Source of the DNA: a virus
Lineage: Duplodnaviria; Caudoviricetes
Strand: one strand, 5' to 3'
Virus record (IMG/VR): IMGVR_UViG_3300032286_000658
Location: 1-51,467 of that record
Length of the DNA: 51,467 nt
The notes beneath the pieces are model-generated. The model did no database searches. It worked only from the letters and a program-made list of their open reading frames with translations, and had not been told where the DNA came from. A program made the position numbers and the translations under genes. Below, piece by piece: positions 41,095 to 51,467 of the stretch. Positions within the stretch are counted from its first letter, which is position 1. Every line of letters starts with the position of its first letter.

Positions 41095-43935
41095 ATGGCA
41101 TTAGTAGGAGAAGCTCATATAATCGTAAGAGCCATAACAACTGGTGTATCTGACGATATAAAAAAGGGTTTTAACAAAATTGATGATTCTGTTGGACAAC
41201 GTGCTGGTCGTGATTTAGGTAGGTCTTTTTTTAGAGGATTTAATGACAGCGGTTCGGGGAATATCTTTGGAAGAATAAGTGACGGCCTACAATCACTTGC
41301 ACCTGATGCCGACGCTGCAAGAGAGTCTTTCAGAGGTTTAGTTAAAGGTGGCTACTATCTCCAGGGTATAATAGGTCCTTTAATCGGTGGAATCGCCTCT
41401 GTTGTTGGTGGTTTAGTTGCTCTAGCAGGTAGTGCTGGTGCAGCTGCCCCATCAATTGTTAGCTTAGCTAACATTATGATTGGCCTAAAGATAGGAATGG
41501 GTGTAGCCAAGTTTGCGCTTGGTGGAGTTTCTGAAGCCGTGCAGCAGGCAACTCAGCTGACTAAGCAATATGGAAGTGTTGCTGCAGCCGTCGGTCAGCA
41601 AATGAGACAGCTTGCATTTGATGCCGAAGCAGCAGCTTTAGCTGAGCGTCGTGCTGGACTTAGTTTGGAGCAGGCAAGAGAGAACCTTCTTGCTGCTCAA
41701 CAACTGCCGCCCAATTCTAGAGCACGTAGAGAAGCAGAACTAGCTTATGAAGAAGCCGACCTAGCGTATAGGCGTGCTCAGGAGCAACAGAAAGCAGCAG
41801 AGAAAGCTAAAAAGAAAGGTGCCTCTGCTCCTGGTGGAAGTGACCCATTTGCTAACTTAACTGCCAGCCAAAAACCGTTTGCTCAGTTCTTGCTAGGAAT
41901 TCAAGATCAATTTAAAATACTTCGAGAAGCGGCTGCATCAGGGTTTCTTCCTATTTTACAGAAACAAATTCAAAGGTTAAATGCTACATATTTCCCTGTA
42001 TTAATAGATGCTTTTAAATTAATTGGAACTTCTGTTGGTAAAGCAACTAAAAGCATTACCGATATGTTTGTTAAAGCTGAAAATGTAGAGAGAATTAAAA
42101 CTCTATTTAAAGATAGTTCTGTAATTATTGAAAAACTTGGAGAGGTACTTGCAAAATTATTTGAAGGTTTTTTAATTATTTTAAATGCTGCAAGCCCGCA
42201 AGCAGAAAGGTTTTTAAACTTCCTCGTTGATAAATTGACTGAGTTTAATACTTACCTTAAAAAAGTAGATTTAAAAGGATTCTTCAAAAGATCTGGAGAT
42301 ATAGCGGCTGATTTTGGTAAGATTTTTGGAAATACATTTGATGCTTTAGGCGGTATTATAGAAGCAAACTTTGGTCCCGACTCGGGTGGTCAAATGATTC
42401 TTAACTGGTTAAAAGATGTTACGGGCAAGTGGGCTGCTTTAAACGATACAGTCGAAGGTAAAAATAGTCTTAAAAAGTATTTTCAAGATGTATCTAAAAA
42501 TGCTATTATTATTTTTCAAACTGTTGGCGTCTTCTTTGATCAACTAAAGGGAATTGGTGCTGATCCTGCTGTCGGCGAGACCTTTAAAATTCTTCAGGAA
42601 GCTGCCCCTTATGTTGGAGATATTCTTAAAAGCTCGGTGGCAGCTGGGCCATCTTTTGCACACTTTGTAGTAGAAATTGCTAAATTTATTAAACTAGTAA
42701 CTGACTCTGAAGCACCAAAAATATTCTTTGAGACATTAACCGATCTACTTAAAAAATTAAATGATTTTCTAGGTACAAAATTTGGCCAGGATATGCTTAA
42801 GGTTACTGGAAGAATTTTAGCTTGGACTTTGGCATTAGGTACTGCATTTAAAGCTGTAGGATTTTTTGCAAAGGTAGTTATTGGAAATGTTAGGGCAATA
42901 CTTAAGCCTATTTCATCAGTTTTTAATTTCTTTAAAAAAGCACCTAAGCAAATTGAAATCTATACGAGAGCGTTTAAAGTTTTTGGGAGTATAGGAAAAC
43001 TTGTTAAACTTGGTGGAATTCTCACGGTAGTTGCTGGTCTTGTTTTTAGATTTATTGAGCTGGTTAATACAAGCCAGGACTTTAGGGACATGCTAGGAAA
43101 ACTAGGCGGAACCATAGGTGCAGCTTTTGGGAGACTTGGAGAGTCTCTAGGAAAACTTTGGGGCACCATAATGAACCTTTTTGGTATTGGAACCGGAGAG
43201 GGAGGTGGAGACGGAGGCCTAATGGGTATCCTTAACGGAATTTTAGATCTTATTCTTTACCATATAGTTCCAGCAATTGCCAACGTAATTACCGTTATTG
43301 TGAATGCAGCAACACTAGCGATTGACCTAATAACCAGCGTAATTGGTGCGTTTGCTCCTGGTCTTAATACACTATTCCAAGGTATCCTTGACTTATTTAG
43401 TGGAAAATTTGGTCCAGCAATGGCTAAAATATTTGGTGGTATAGCCATACTTCTTCTTGGTATAGTTCAAATGGTGATAAACGGTTTTATTGATATATTA
43501 AACTTCTTTATTATTACATTTGTTGATACAGTTAAAAATCTTGCATCTGTTCCGTATGTAAACGATATTCTTAAAGGTTTTGGTCTAGACTTAGCTGCAT
43601 TTAAGTTTGAAAAAATAGGTAAAATAACCTGGGCTGAGGATGCATCAGCAAACATTGATAAAAATATTGCAAAGATGGCAACTGGTGGAACTGTCTATCC
43701 TAGAACTGGTGGAACTATGGTAACTGTTGCTGAAGCTGGCCGTGCAGAGAGAATCGAACCGCTCGACGCAAATGGTCTTTCTAAGCGAGACAAGGCCATT
43801 ATAGGCCAAATGTCCGGAGGAAGCGGTGTTAATATCAATATGACTATAAATCCTGGTCCTAATATGAATATCAGTGAACTAACTGAAGAAATCTCTCGTA
43901 AACTAATGTTTAGACTTAGAAAAGGATCTATTTAA
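41095..43935 (+). CDS. tape measure protein
   Basis: 946 aa; Ala/Gly-rich helical with periodic aromatics; N-terminal VGEA.I.VRA; C-terminal MATGG.V...VAEAG..E. Confidence 0.9.
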   Translation: MALVGEAHIIVRAITTGVSDDIKKGFNKIDDSVGQRAGRDLGRSFFRGFNDSGSGNIFGRISDGLQSLAPDADAARESFRGLVKGGYYLQGIIGPLIGGIASVVGGLVALAGSAGAAAPSIVSLANIMIGLKIGMGVAKFALGGVSEAVQQATQLTKQYGSVAAAVGQQMRQLAFDAEAAALAERRAGLSLEQARENLLAAQQLPPNSRARREAELAYEEADLAYRRAQEQQKAAEKAKKKGASAPGGSDPFANLTASQKPFAQFLLGIQDQFKILREAAASGFLPILQKQIQRLNATYFPVLIDAFKLIGTSVGKATKSITDMFVKAENVERIKTLFKDSSVIIEKLGEVLAKLFEGFLIILNAASPQAERFLNFLVDKLTEFNTYLKKVDLKGFFKRSGDIAADFGKIFGNTFDALGGIIEANFGPDSGGQMILNWLKDVTGKWAALNDTVEGKNSLKKYFQDVSKNAIIIFQTVGVFFDQLKGIGADPAVGETFKILQEAAPYVGDILKSSVAAGPSFAHFVVEIAKFIKLVTDSEAPKIFFETLTDLLKKLNDFLGTKFGQDMLKVTGRILAWTLALGTAFKAVGFFAKVVIGNVRAILKPISSVFNFFKKAPKQIEIYTRAFKVFGSIGKLVKLGGILTVVAGLVFRFIELVNTSQDFRDMLGKLGGTIGAAFGRLGESLGKLWGTIMNLFGIGTGEGGGDGGLMGILNGILDLILYHIVPAIANVITVIVNAATLAIDLITSVIGAFAPGLNTLFQGILDLFSGKFGPAMAKIFGGIAILLLGIVQMVINGFIDILNFFIITFVDTVKNLASVPYVNDILKGFGLDLAAFKFEKIGKITWAEDASANIDKNIAKMATGGTVYPRTGGTMVTVAEAGRAERIEPLDANGLSKRDKAIIGQMSGGSGVNINMTINPGPNMNISELTEEISRKLMFRLRKGSI

Positions 43936-43937
43936 TT

Positions 43938-45599
43938 ATGATCAGAGATAATTTAATTCCTTTTAATAGTTCTTTTTCTGATGGAACGACTGGTTGGACA
44001 AATGACGGTACCAACGAGGGATCTCTAGCGTCTCACACAGCAGATAAGTTTATTGGAGATAAATCTCTTATAGTAACAAAGCAATCTGCATCAGTAAACT
44101 CTACTGTTTATATGACTAATACAGTTACGTATTTACCGTTAGTTAATCTGTCTGGTGTGTATAGTGTTTCAGCTTACATAAAAATTCCCTCAGGTCAAGA
44201 ATCTGGTGATTTTCAAATAGCTCTTAATTACCACAATGGCACTGCATATGTCTCTAGTAACGTTAGTTCTGCAGTAAATATAACCTCCGCTAAAGGTTGG
44301 ACTAGAGTTCTTCTAGAAAACGTTACTGCTCCGTCTACCGGAGTCACTAGAATGAGTGCTCAAATAATACAATCTGGTAATAAAACAGTTGGCCAGCAAT
44401 ATCTAGTTGATGCAGTAAAAATAGAGAACTCGGCCTATAGTACTCAGTACATAGAGAAGCTCAGTCAGTCTCAGGAAAATAAAAAAGTAAATATAGCTTT
44501 AAGTCCTCTACCTATTCCTAATATCACAGGAATGAAGCTTGATGCTGATATCATGCTTAACGATCTTGTTTTGAATACAATTGATGAGGATAATAATGTT
44601 TGGGTTTGCACTGATATTCAGGGGTGGTGGGGGCTTCCAGACTCTGAATATGTAGATTTGACCAGGGGGCTATCTGATGGAAATTATGATGTACAAGGCA
44701 GATATGGACCTAGAGTTATAACTCTAACTGGCTCAATCTTATCGCCTACTCCAGAGGCTGCTGTACTTGCTAGAAATAAATTAATAAAGGCTGTTAATTT
44801 AGTTAGTTCTGGTGATTGGCTTATTGTTAATGAAGGTGGAACTGCAAAATCTGCTTTTGTTAGACTAAGTGGTGCTCCTGAAATTGAAAATGTCCAGGCT
44901 AGAGGTAGAATAGATTTTTCTATAGGACTGAAATCTGCCGATCCTTTAAAATACTCTTGGAATTGGCAAAGAGCCGATGGTTATGATATCACCACTGTTC
45001 CAAATGGTGGAAGTGCTGTTATAACTAATAATGGAAATATGCCAGTTACTGGTATATTTTCTATATCTGCGGAAGATACTGCAAATCTTACTGCTAACAT
45101 AACAATTGCAAATACTACCCAAAGTCAGACTATGAAAATAGTTAAAAATCTTCGTGCTAAAAACTATTCTGTAAACATATCTGCATCCCAAAGGACAGGT
45201 ACTACTGCAATTTTAACTGTTGCTAGCCATGCATTTTCTGCTGGAGATAAGGTAGTAGTTCAGAATATAACAACTTCTGGTAGAACTACTTTAAATACAG
45301 ATCCTGCTACTATAACTAATACTACGTCGACTACAATAACATATACCTGCGCAACTAGTGGAACTCTTGCAAATGCCGCAACTAATGGTAATATTAAAAT
45401 GTATGCTGCTGATTCTTTAGAAATTGATACATACAATAGAACTGCACTTTTAAACTCAAGTCCTGCAAATGCTAGATCATATTTAGATACTATGGTTAGC
45501 TGGATAACTCTAGCCCCCGGCGATAACACAATTACTTTTGCAGATAATGGTGGAGCCAATCCGATGACCGTAAAGTACAACTCTGGCTGGATAGGCTAG
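43938..45599 (+). CDS. distal tail (Dit)-like protein with N-terminal carbohydrate-binding-like domain
   Basis: NL..NSSF..GTTGW CBM-like start; I.GWWG.P...DG.Y...R.ITL.G, LKSADP.KY, W..L.PG.N motifs. Confidence 0.75.
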   Translation: MIRDNLIPFNSSFSDGTTGWTNDGTNEGSLASHTADKFIGDKSLIVTKQSASVNSTVYMTNTVTYLPLVNLSGVYSVSAYIKIPSGQESGDFQIALNYHNGTAYVSSNVSSAVNITSAKGWTRVLLENVTAPSTGVTRMSAQIIQSGNKTVGQQYLVDAVKIENSAYSTQYIEKLSQSQENKKVNIALSPLPIPNITGMKLDADIMLNDLVLNTIDEDNNVWVCTDIQGWWGLPDSEYVDLTRGLSDGNYDVQGRYGPRVITLTGSILSPTPEAAVLARNKLIKAVNLVSSGDWLIVNEGGTAKSAFVRLSGAPEIENVQARGRIDFSIGLKSADPLKYSWNWQRADGYDITTVPNGGSAVITNNGNMPVTGIFSISAEDTANLTANITIANTTQSQTMKIVKNLRAKNYSVNISASQRTGTTAILTVASHAFSAGDKVVVQNITTSGRTTLNTDPATITNTTSTTITYTCATSGTLANAATNGNIKMYAADSLEIDTYNRTALLNSSPANARSYLDTMVSWITLAPGDNTITFADNGGANPMTVKYNSGWIG

Positions 45600-45638
45600 A
45601 ATAGATATATATAACGACGCTAAGACATAGGGTTAAAA

Positions 45639-48600
45639 ATGCCATCAAATACAAATTATTTCTCTGCTGAAGTAGCAGAATATAGATATTTTCTTGTTGA
45701 TATAGTGAGCAACATAGTTGCGACTGAAATACCATTTAGCGATGTAACTTTTAGCAGAAATTTAAAAGAAGCTGGTGAATTTTCTGGAAGCATTGCTGTA
45801 ATCCCTAAAACAGAAAATCTTAGACTCTATGACAACACTATGCCAGGTAAAATGGCATTGTATATAACTAGAAACAATGTCTGCGTATGGGGCGGAATAG
45901 TTTGGTCTAGAGAATATTCTCTTCTAGATAGAACTCTAACAGTAAATGCCTCAGAATTTACTAGCTACTTATTTCATAGATACATATGGAAAACATTTAA
46001 TTATGACCTCGAGGCAAAAGCAGAAAAAACTACAACTGGCGGTAATGTAAAAATTACCTTGCTTAGTCGTCAATTTACATTCCCAACCGTTGATGCGATT
46101 GGTCAAAGAACAAAAGTAAAGATTTCATTTATTGGTGGAGATCTAGCTAAATATAGTAATTACTATGACATATTAGCTAGCCCTGCACCGACTTCTACTT
46201 CTTTTTATGTGAGTATCCCTAAACTTCCGGCTATACCAACTGGGGCCTATACCGGACTAACTATTACATCAAAAGTTGATACATATGACTACACTAGAAA
46301 GTTGATAAAAGAAACATTTAATGACTTTAGTACAGTGGAGTTTTCTGATGAAAAAATATCGGAACCTGGGGTAACTAATGGATATGCCGTAACTTATAGA
46401 GAAGCTACTGCTGGAATTGTAACTATAACAACTTCTGAGGCGCATGGACTTGTTCCTGGTCAAAATGTTCAATTAGTTAACGTATTTGAAGGTGCGTATT
46501 CATATTTAAATAATGATCCAGATGAGAACGAGTTTTATGTTGTAACTGAGGTTCCTTCTAGTACTACCTATAAATTTGATGCGAAGGATGCTGCAGTAAC
46601 TATTGCTTTAAATGGTACTGCTCTAACTAAACCCACGTATCCTCTTAAATATAGGCGTGTAGCTGAAACTCAAAAAAAGTCTGTATCTAAGATATTTGTC
46701 ACTAGCAACGTTGTTACAGTAGAAACTGCTAAAAATCACTACTTTAAAGTTGGTGATGAAATAAAAATGTATGTTGAAAGTAAGTACAAAGTCTACAATA
46801 AAGACGGTCAGGGAATAGTAATTACAGGCACCCCGACTAGTAAAAAGTTTACTTACGCACTTACTACAGCAAATACTGCAACTGCTGGGATATCGGTAAT
46901 TAATTCTTATGTAAATTACTCTGTCCCTAGAAGACGTTTAGAACTTGATACTTATGCCGGGTACCCTCATAATTTTCAAGCTAGGGACCAGGTCTATGTT
47001 TATGGTGTTGATGATCCCTCGTGGGGCGAGCCGCTATATAGTGGATTTCGTACGCTAACTGCAGTAGAAGCTGGTGGCTCCCCCACTTGGTTCCAATATG
47101 AGCCTCTATATGATATGTCAGTTGAGCCTGGAAATACTGCTAGCATAAAAAAATTACAGTATAAAAAGAAAAATACTGCAGGTACTGCAATAAATACTGT
47201 AATAGTTACTACATCCGGTAGTCATGGATTTTTACCTGGAGATATTGTAAACATTAATATAAATGATACTAGTACTGCAAAAGATACTAATATTGAAAAA
47301 ATGTTTGACGGGGATAAAACAATCAAATCAACCCCTAGCGATACAACCTTTACGTATACGGACGACAGTGGGACAAAAAATGTTGCAGAGCAAAATATAG
47401 GTGGTAAGGTCACTAGAGTAAAAAGTGTAATTGGTCCTATTTCAAAAAATTATAAAACAATTACTCAGGTGCAGAGAGTCGGAAGCACCGCCACTATCAC
47501 AACATCTGCCGCTCATGGATTTGTTGAAGATGACTATGTAGTAGTCGAGTCATCTGATGACACATTTAATAATAGTGGCGAGCCTGTAAAAATACAGGAT
47601 ATAATAAGTACCACTAGATTTAGCTACAGTAATACTGGTTCAGCCGTAGGTCTTACAACAGCAACTGGACTTACATCTATTGCTTATTCAAATTTTGGAG
47701 CTGCCCTATTCCCTACTGGTGCAACATGTTCCACTGGATCTACTATTAGAACAATAACTTGCGCTGATCATGGTCTTGAAGTTAATGATTGGATAGTTGT
47801 TAATATAACTAATAGCGAGTCATTTTTTAGTAATGGTAACGTACCTGTTCAGGTTTATCAGGTATTAGATGCAAATACTTTTACATATGTGTACACTGCT
47901 CCTAGTGCTAATAAAACTTTAACTGGGCTAACTAAAGCAATAGTTACTAGAGCATCTTATGTCACTAAGCCACCGCTTACATATGTAAAAAGCTATGGTG
48001 CTTTCCCTAAAAATGCTGATCTAGGTGGTATAGAGTTTTCTGATGAAAACTATAGTAAAATTTCAATCATAACTAATACAATTATTGGTGGAAATCTTAT
48101 AAATGTCGGTGAGCATCTTAGTCAGTATGCAGAAAATATAGATGGCTTTGATTATAGAATTGATTGCTATATTGATACATCGACTAATCCAACTTCTTTT
48201 AAAAGAAAATTTGTTTTTATTCCTAGAAAGCCTAACTCTTTAGTTGAATATTTATCGGCAAATCCTTTGGCTTCGGGGCAGTATGCGCCAGCTAGTGCTT
48301 TTGGTGCAGATAAATTAATCTTTGAATATCCTGGAAATATTAGTTCTATTTCCTTAGACGAGAGTGCAGAAGACTCTGCAACTAGAATGTTTGTTACAGC
48401 AGATACTGGCGGTGCCGGAGGGGAAAATACAATTCGATATTCTGCAGCATCTAACTCAGATCTACTATCAAAGGGTTGGCCAGTGCTTGATGGAAACAGT
48501 AAAGTCACATGGTCGGTGTCACCCGCTGATAAAATAAACGTAGATAACTGGGGAAATTATGATGTAGAAGTAGATTTAAATAAAACAGCTAAAAGATATT

Positions 48601-48875
48601 TAAAGCTATCTACACCTCCAGGAGGGGATTACAAAATATCAATAAATGGTTCGCTTGACCCTAGAATTGGTTCATATAATCCAGGAGATTGGTGTCAGTT
48701 AGTTATAGATGATAGTTTTATAAAACAACGTCTAAATAGTGGATTAGAGCCTAGAACTACATCTATTCTTAGAAAAATACAGAGTATTTCAGTAACTGTT
48801 CCTAATTCACCAGCTTTTCCAGAAAATATTACTCTTGGTCTAGTGCCAGAGTGGGAAGTAGACACAAGTGGGTAG
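45639..48875 (+). CDS. baseplate hub/minor tail protein with inserted beta-repeat domains
   Basis: YR..L.D...EIPF..V.F.R.L..AG.F.G, CVWGG.VW.R.Y, FEYPGNI, YNPGDWC motifs; about six H-G-type repeats inserted. Confidence 0.75.
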   Translation: MPSNTNYFSAEVAEYRYFLVDIVSNIVATEIPFSDVTFSRNLKEAGEFSGSIAVIPKTENLRLYDNTMPGKMALYITRNNVCVWGGIVWSREYSLLDRTLTVNASEFTSYLFHRYIWKTFNYDLEAKAEKTTTGGNVKITLLSRQFTFPTVDAIGQRTKVKISFIGGDLAKYSNYYDILASPAPTSTSFYVSIPKLPAIPTGAYTGLTITSKVDTYDYTRKLIKETFNDFSTVEFSDEKISEPGVTNGYAVTYREATAGIVTITTSEAHGLVPGQNVQLVNVFEGAYSYLNNDPDENEFYVVTEVPSSTTYKFDAKDAAVTIALNGTALTKPTYPLKYRRVAETQKKSVSKIFVTSNVVTVETAKNHYFKVGDEIKMYVESKYKVYNKDGQGIVITGTPTSKKFTYALTTANTATAGISVINSYVNYSVPRRRLELDTYAGYPHNFQARDQVYVYGVDDPSWGEPLYSGFRTLTAVEAGGSPTWFQYEPLYDMSVEPGNTASIKKLQYKKKNTAGTAINTVIVTTSGSHGFLPGDIVNININDTSTAKDTNIEKMFDGDKTIKSTPSDTTFTYTDDSGTKNVAEQNIGGKVTRVKSVIGPISKNYKTITQVQRVGSTATITTSAAHGFVEDDYVVVESSDDTFNNSGEPVKIQDIISTTRFSYSNTGSAVGLTTATGLTSIAYSNFGAALFPTGATCSTGSTIRTITCADHGLEVNDWIVVNITNSESFFSNGNVPVQVYQVLDANTFTYVYTAPSANKTLTGLTKAIVTRASYVTKPPLTYVKSYGAFPKNADLGGIEFSDENYSKISIITNTIIGGNLINVGEHLSQYAENIDGFDYRIDCYIDTSTNPTSFKRKFVFIPRKPNSLVEYLSANPLASGQYAPASAFGADKLIFEYPGNISSISLDESAEDSATRMFVTADTGGAGGENTIRYSAASNSDLLSKGWPVLDGNSKVTWSVSPADKINVDNWGNYDVEVDLNKTAKRYLKLSTPPGGDYKISINGSLDPRIGSYNPGDWCQLVIDDSFIKQRLNSGLEPRTTSILRKIQSISVTVPNSPAFPENITLGLVPEWEVDTSG

Positions 48876-51467
48876 TGCAGCACCTAGAAATGGTAGAGTA
48901 CCAACTGTTGGAGGATACTTATCGGCACTCCAACAAACTGCTACTGATTTAGCTAATAGACAAAATTTTGTTACTAGTGGTTTGGCCTCTCAGAGTGTGA
49001 ACGAGAGTGCTTTATCTGAGCAACTAAATATTTATAATAAAGCTATTCAAAATGGCGACTATGTTGAAAATGATTCTGGTTGGAACCTTTTAGGTGAAGG
49101 CTCGGCGGAATTTGGAAACGTCAATATTCGTGGAAGCATAAATGCTTTATCTGGAACTATAGGTTATTGGAATATATCCACTCCTATAGTTTCTAGGGTT
49201 TTTGGTACACAAACGCTACTTGGAACTTTTCTTGAGAGTAGTGGTATAGGAACTAATGATGAAAGTAAAACTACTGGTTCATACGTATCTCTATATAAAT
49301 CAATGGTTCCTGAGAGTAAAAATATAACTCTTAAAAGTAGAACTACAAATGTTGCAACCTTAACTATAGAAAATCATGGCTACATTGTTGGTAATGAAAT
49401 TATTGTATCTATGGATAATGATTCCACCTTTAGCAATGGTGGCGTTAGAGTAACTATAACTGCTGTAACTAATAATACATTTAGTTATTCTAATTCTGGT
49501 TCAGACTCGGCTGAAGCAGTAGCTGTAGGTTCTGTAATTTTATATGATCCTGATATAGCTGGATTATATTTAAGAGATTATTCAAAAAAAGAATTTGATT
49601 ATGGGTATTTTTCTAATACTGGTGTAGCTTACGTATCAGCTGAAGATATTAACGTTATTGAAAATCCTAGTTTTGAGTATGTTGATAGTGGTAGTGTTAG
49701 ACAACCGTCCACAACTACCTGGTCTGCCGGTGCTGGGCTTACTTTAGCTGCTTTAAATTTCTCTACCCAGACTACTCCTGCATATAAATCTAGTACTACA
49801 CATGGTGCAAAGCTCTCATGGAGTACCGCCGCAGTATCTACTTTTTTATCTTCAAATATAGATTACACTTCCGGAAATTCTTTTGGTATTTTTGGTCTAG
49901 GAAATAAAAGTTTATATTTTGGATTTACAGCATTCCCGTACTATACAATCACAAGTTCCACTAGTCAGTATGCAACTATATCTAGCATAGAGACCTATAA
50001 AGATGCAAATAATGGATGCTATCTAAAAGTAACTGTTCCTGCTACTCATAGCTTTGCTGCTGGAACTACTGTATTTATAGATTGCACTGCTGGAATTTTT
50101 AGTCCAGAGTATGGTGAAGTAACTGTAAACTATGTCCCACATCCTGTAAATAATGACAGTGTTGATGGTTATACCTATGTTGTAGCAAAAACTCCGGCTC
50201 CTGATGCAACTACTTTTTATGTACATCTAGATACTAATGAGTCCGCTTTTACTGGCGGAGTTACTCTACTTACTAGTGCTAATATAAGTACTAATGGTAC
50301 TTCTAGGCCATCAAGAGTTTATAAAACTTTTGAATCTGCTATAGATCTATCTTCTATAAGAATTAGATACCCAAATGGAAGTACCACTGCGTTATATAGC
50401 GTATTATCTGTTGAAACCGTGGCTGCTTGGGATTTACTTTCTAATAAATATTTAATTAGCGATGCTAATACTTCAATGCTTGGAATTTTAAATAATTCTG
50501 TATCTGCACTTGGATTTCCTCTTGAAAATATTTTAATAGATTCTAAAAAAATTGATGATGCCTACAAAGCAGCGGATCCAACTAGCTATGCTTCAAAGTC
50601 TAATATTTTCTTAGATATCCCTGGTTGGCTGGTTTCTAATATAAATTTAGTTCCTAATCCAAATTTTGGAAATAACATTATTGGATGGCAAGCTGGTACA
50701 AACGGTACTATTTCAAGAAGTACTAAAGATGTTGATCCTTCTTATTCTGGTGCTTATTCTTTAAAACTTTATAATACCGGTGCAGCCGCTGGTCAGTTGT
50801 ACTATGCTGATAGTGCTCTTATTAAAATGAAAGCGACAGCTGCTCAGTCGTATACCGCATCTGTCTATGTTAGAACTGAAGTTTATACAGTTAACTCAGC
50901 TATAAATATTGATTGGTATACCGATAGTGATTCTAATGGTAGCAGTCCTGGAACAGTAACTAGCGTAAACTCTACCTCTTGGACTAAAGTAACTGTAACT
51001 GGTACTGCTCCTGCAGGGACTACTGAAGCTGTTATTACTATTTACTCTACTAAAGCTGGTTCTGGTGGAGAAAATACTTTTTTTGATTCATTTAAATTTA
51101 CTCCTAATTCAAAACTAGTTGATTTATATGGAATTGGATATATTTTAGATAATGTTTATTTATCTACTGCTCCTAAATTTTTCTATGGATCTGGACTAAG
51201 TACTGATAGATGGTATGCAAATACATATCTACCAGATCAGGCATCGATACAGGGAACCAAGCCTTGGATTAGTGTTGACTTAGATAATCAATCTGCATAT
51301 TTAGATTATTTTAATAAAGTTGGATTTTCTTATAATACTTTTTCTCAAGATCTTATTTCTAGACCTTCTATTGGCGTATATGACTCTTCTGAGACATATC
51401 TAGATGTTTCAAATAGAAACTATGAAGCTATAACTACTACTAGCGGTAGATATCAAAAAGTATCTTC
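48868..51467 (+). CDS. tail fibre/receptor-binding-like protein, truncated by window end (absent from ORF track)
   Basis: GTG 48868 overlaps the upstream gene end; frame read as open where checked, to the window end; IQNGDY..DSGW...G.AEFGNV.IRG.I.A.SG (lambda J C-terminal-like); NVIENPSFE and NLVPNPNF..W CBM-like modules. Confidence 0.8.
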   Translation, partial: MGSAAPRNGRVPTVGGYLSALQQTATDLANRQNFVTSGLASQSVNESALSEQLNIYNKAIQNGDYVENDSGWNLLGEGSAEFGNVNIRGSINALSGTIGYWNISTPIVSRVFGTQTLLGTFLESSGIGTNDESKTTGSYVSLYKSMVPESKNITLKSRTTNVATLTIENHGYIVGNEIIVSMDNDSTFSNGGVRVTITAVTNNTFSYSNSGSDSAEAVAVGSVILYDPDIAGLYLRDYSKKEFDYGYFSNTGVAYVSAEDINVIENPSFEYVDSGSVRQPSTTTWSAGAGLTLAALNFSTQTTPAYKSSTTHGAKLSWSTAAVSTFLSSNIDYTSGNSFGIFGLGNKSLYFGFTAFPYYTITSSTSQYATISSIETYKDANNGCYLKVTVPATHSFAAGTTVFIDCTAGIFSPEYGEVTVNYVPHPVNNDSVDGYTYVVAKTPAPDATTFYVHLDTNESAFTGGVTLLTSANISTNGTSRPSRVYKTFESAIDLSSIRIRYPNGSTTALYSVLSVETVAAWDLLSNKYLISDANTSMLGILNNSVSALGFPLENILIDSKKIDDAYKAADPTSYASKSNIFLDIPGWLVSNINLVPNPNFGNNIIGWQAGTNGTISRSTKDVDPSYSGAYSLKLYNTGAAAGQLYYADSALIKMKATAAQSYTASVYVRTEVYTVNSAINIDWYTDSDSNGSSPGTVTSVNSTSWTKVTVTGTAPAGTTEAVITIYSTKAGSGGENTFFDSFKFTPNSKLVDLYGIGYILDNVYLSTAPKFFYGSGLSTDRWYANTYLPDQASIQGTKPWISVDLDNQSAYLDYFNKVGFSYNTFSQDLISRPSIGVYDSSETYLDVSNRNYEAITTTSGRYQKVS

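Noticed and set aside
723-50226. Minus-strand and nested alternative-frame ORFs in the track (e.g. 723-983, 16245-16616, 24265-24888, 48167-48508)
   Set aside because: They overlap well-supported + strand genes, are typical antisense shadows and carry no recognisable motifs.
1-51467. Alternative genetic code, tRNA genes or a diversity-generating retroelement
   Set aside because: Genes are full length in code 11 with all three stops used; no cloverleaf recognised in the intergenic gaps; no reverse transcriptase or adenine-variable repeat pair seen.

Overview
This window is part of a large tailed-phage (siphovirus-type) genome, with all real genes on the + strand. Its gene set, two-protein capsid and leaderless starts point to an actinobacterial host (inference). 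Bases 1-~5,250 form a compositionally distinct region of small-gene expression cassettes. Each cassette has a conserved ~30-bp motif, a palindrome/promoter, a GATAGGA start signal, genes and a terminator. This region also holds an RmlB-like dehydratase and a 10-bp tandem array. By manual scan it lacks GATC, CCGG and GTAC and is enriched in a one-strand ACACGG motif. From ~5,300 come two paralogous double-HTH proteins, an NlpC/P60 hydrolase, small membrane proteins, terminase and portal. About 19 kb of inserted genes then separate portal from protease: a Dps, a 1,819-aa ART/kinase polyvalent protein, a 2,485-aa UvrD-helicase/zincin polyvalent protein, mosaic proteins and small partner genes. 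These are followed by protease, hexamer and pentamer capsid proteins, tail tube, connectors, a frameshifted tail chaperone, tape measure, Dit, hub and a truncated fibre. The best candidate for a new system is a virion cargo-loading and processing scheme. The two giant effectors share an N-terminal ~85-aa domain, and a [LIV]-[TVI]-A-[AS]-[GA]-like motif recurs at domain boundaries of nearly every head-module protein. All family assignments are by motif recognition; no searches were run.
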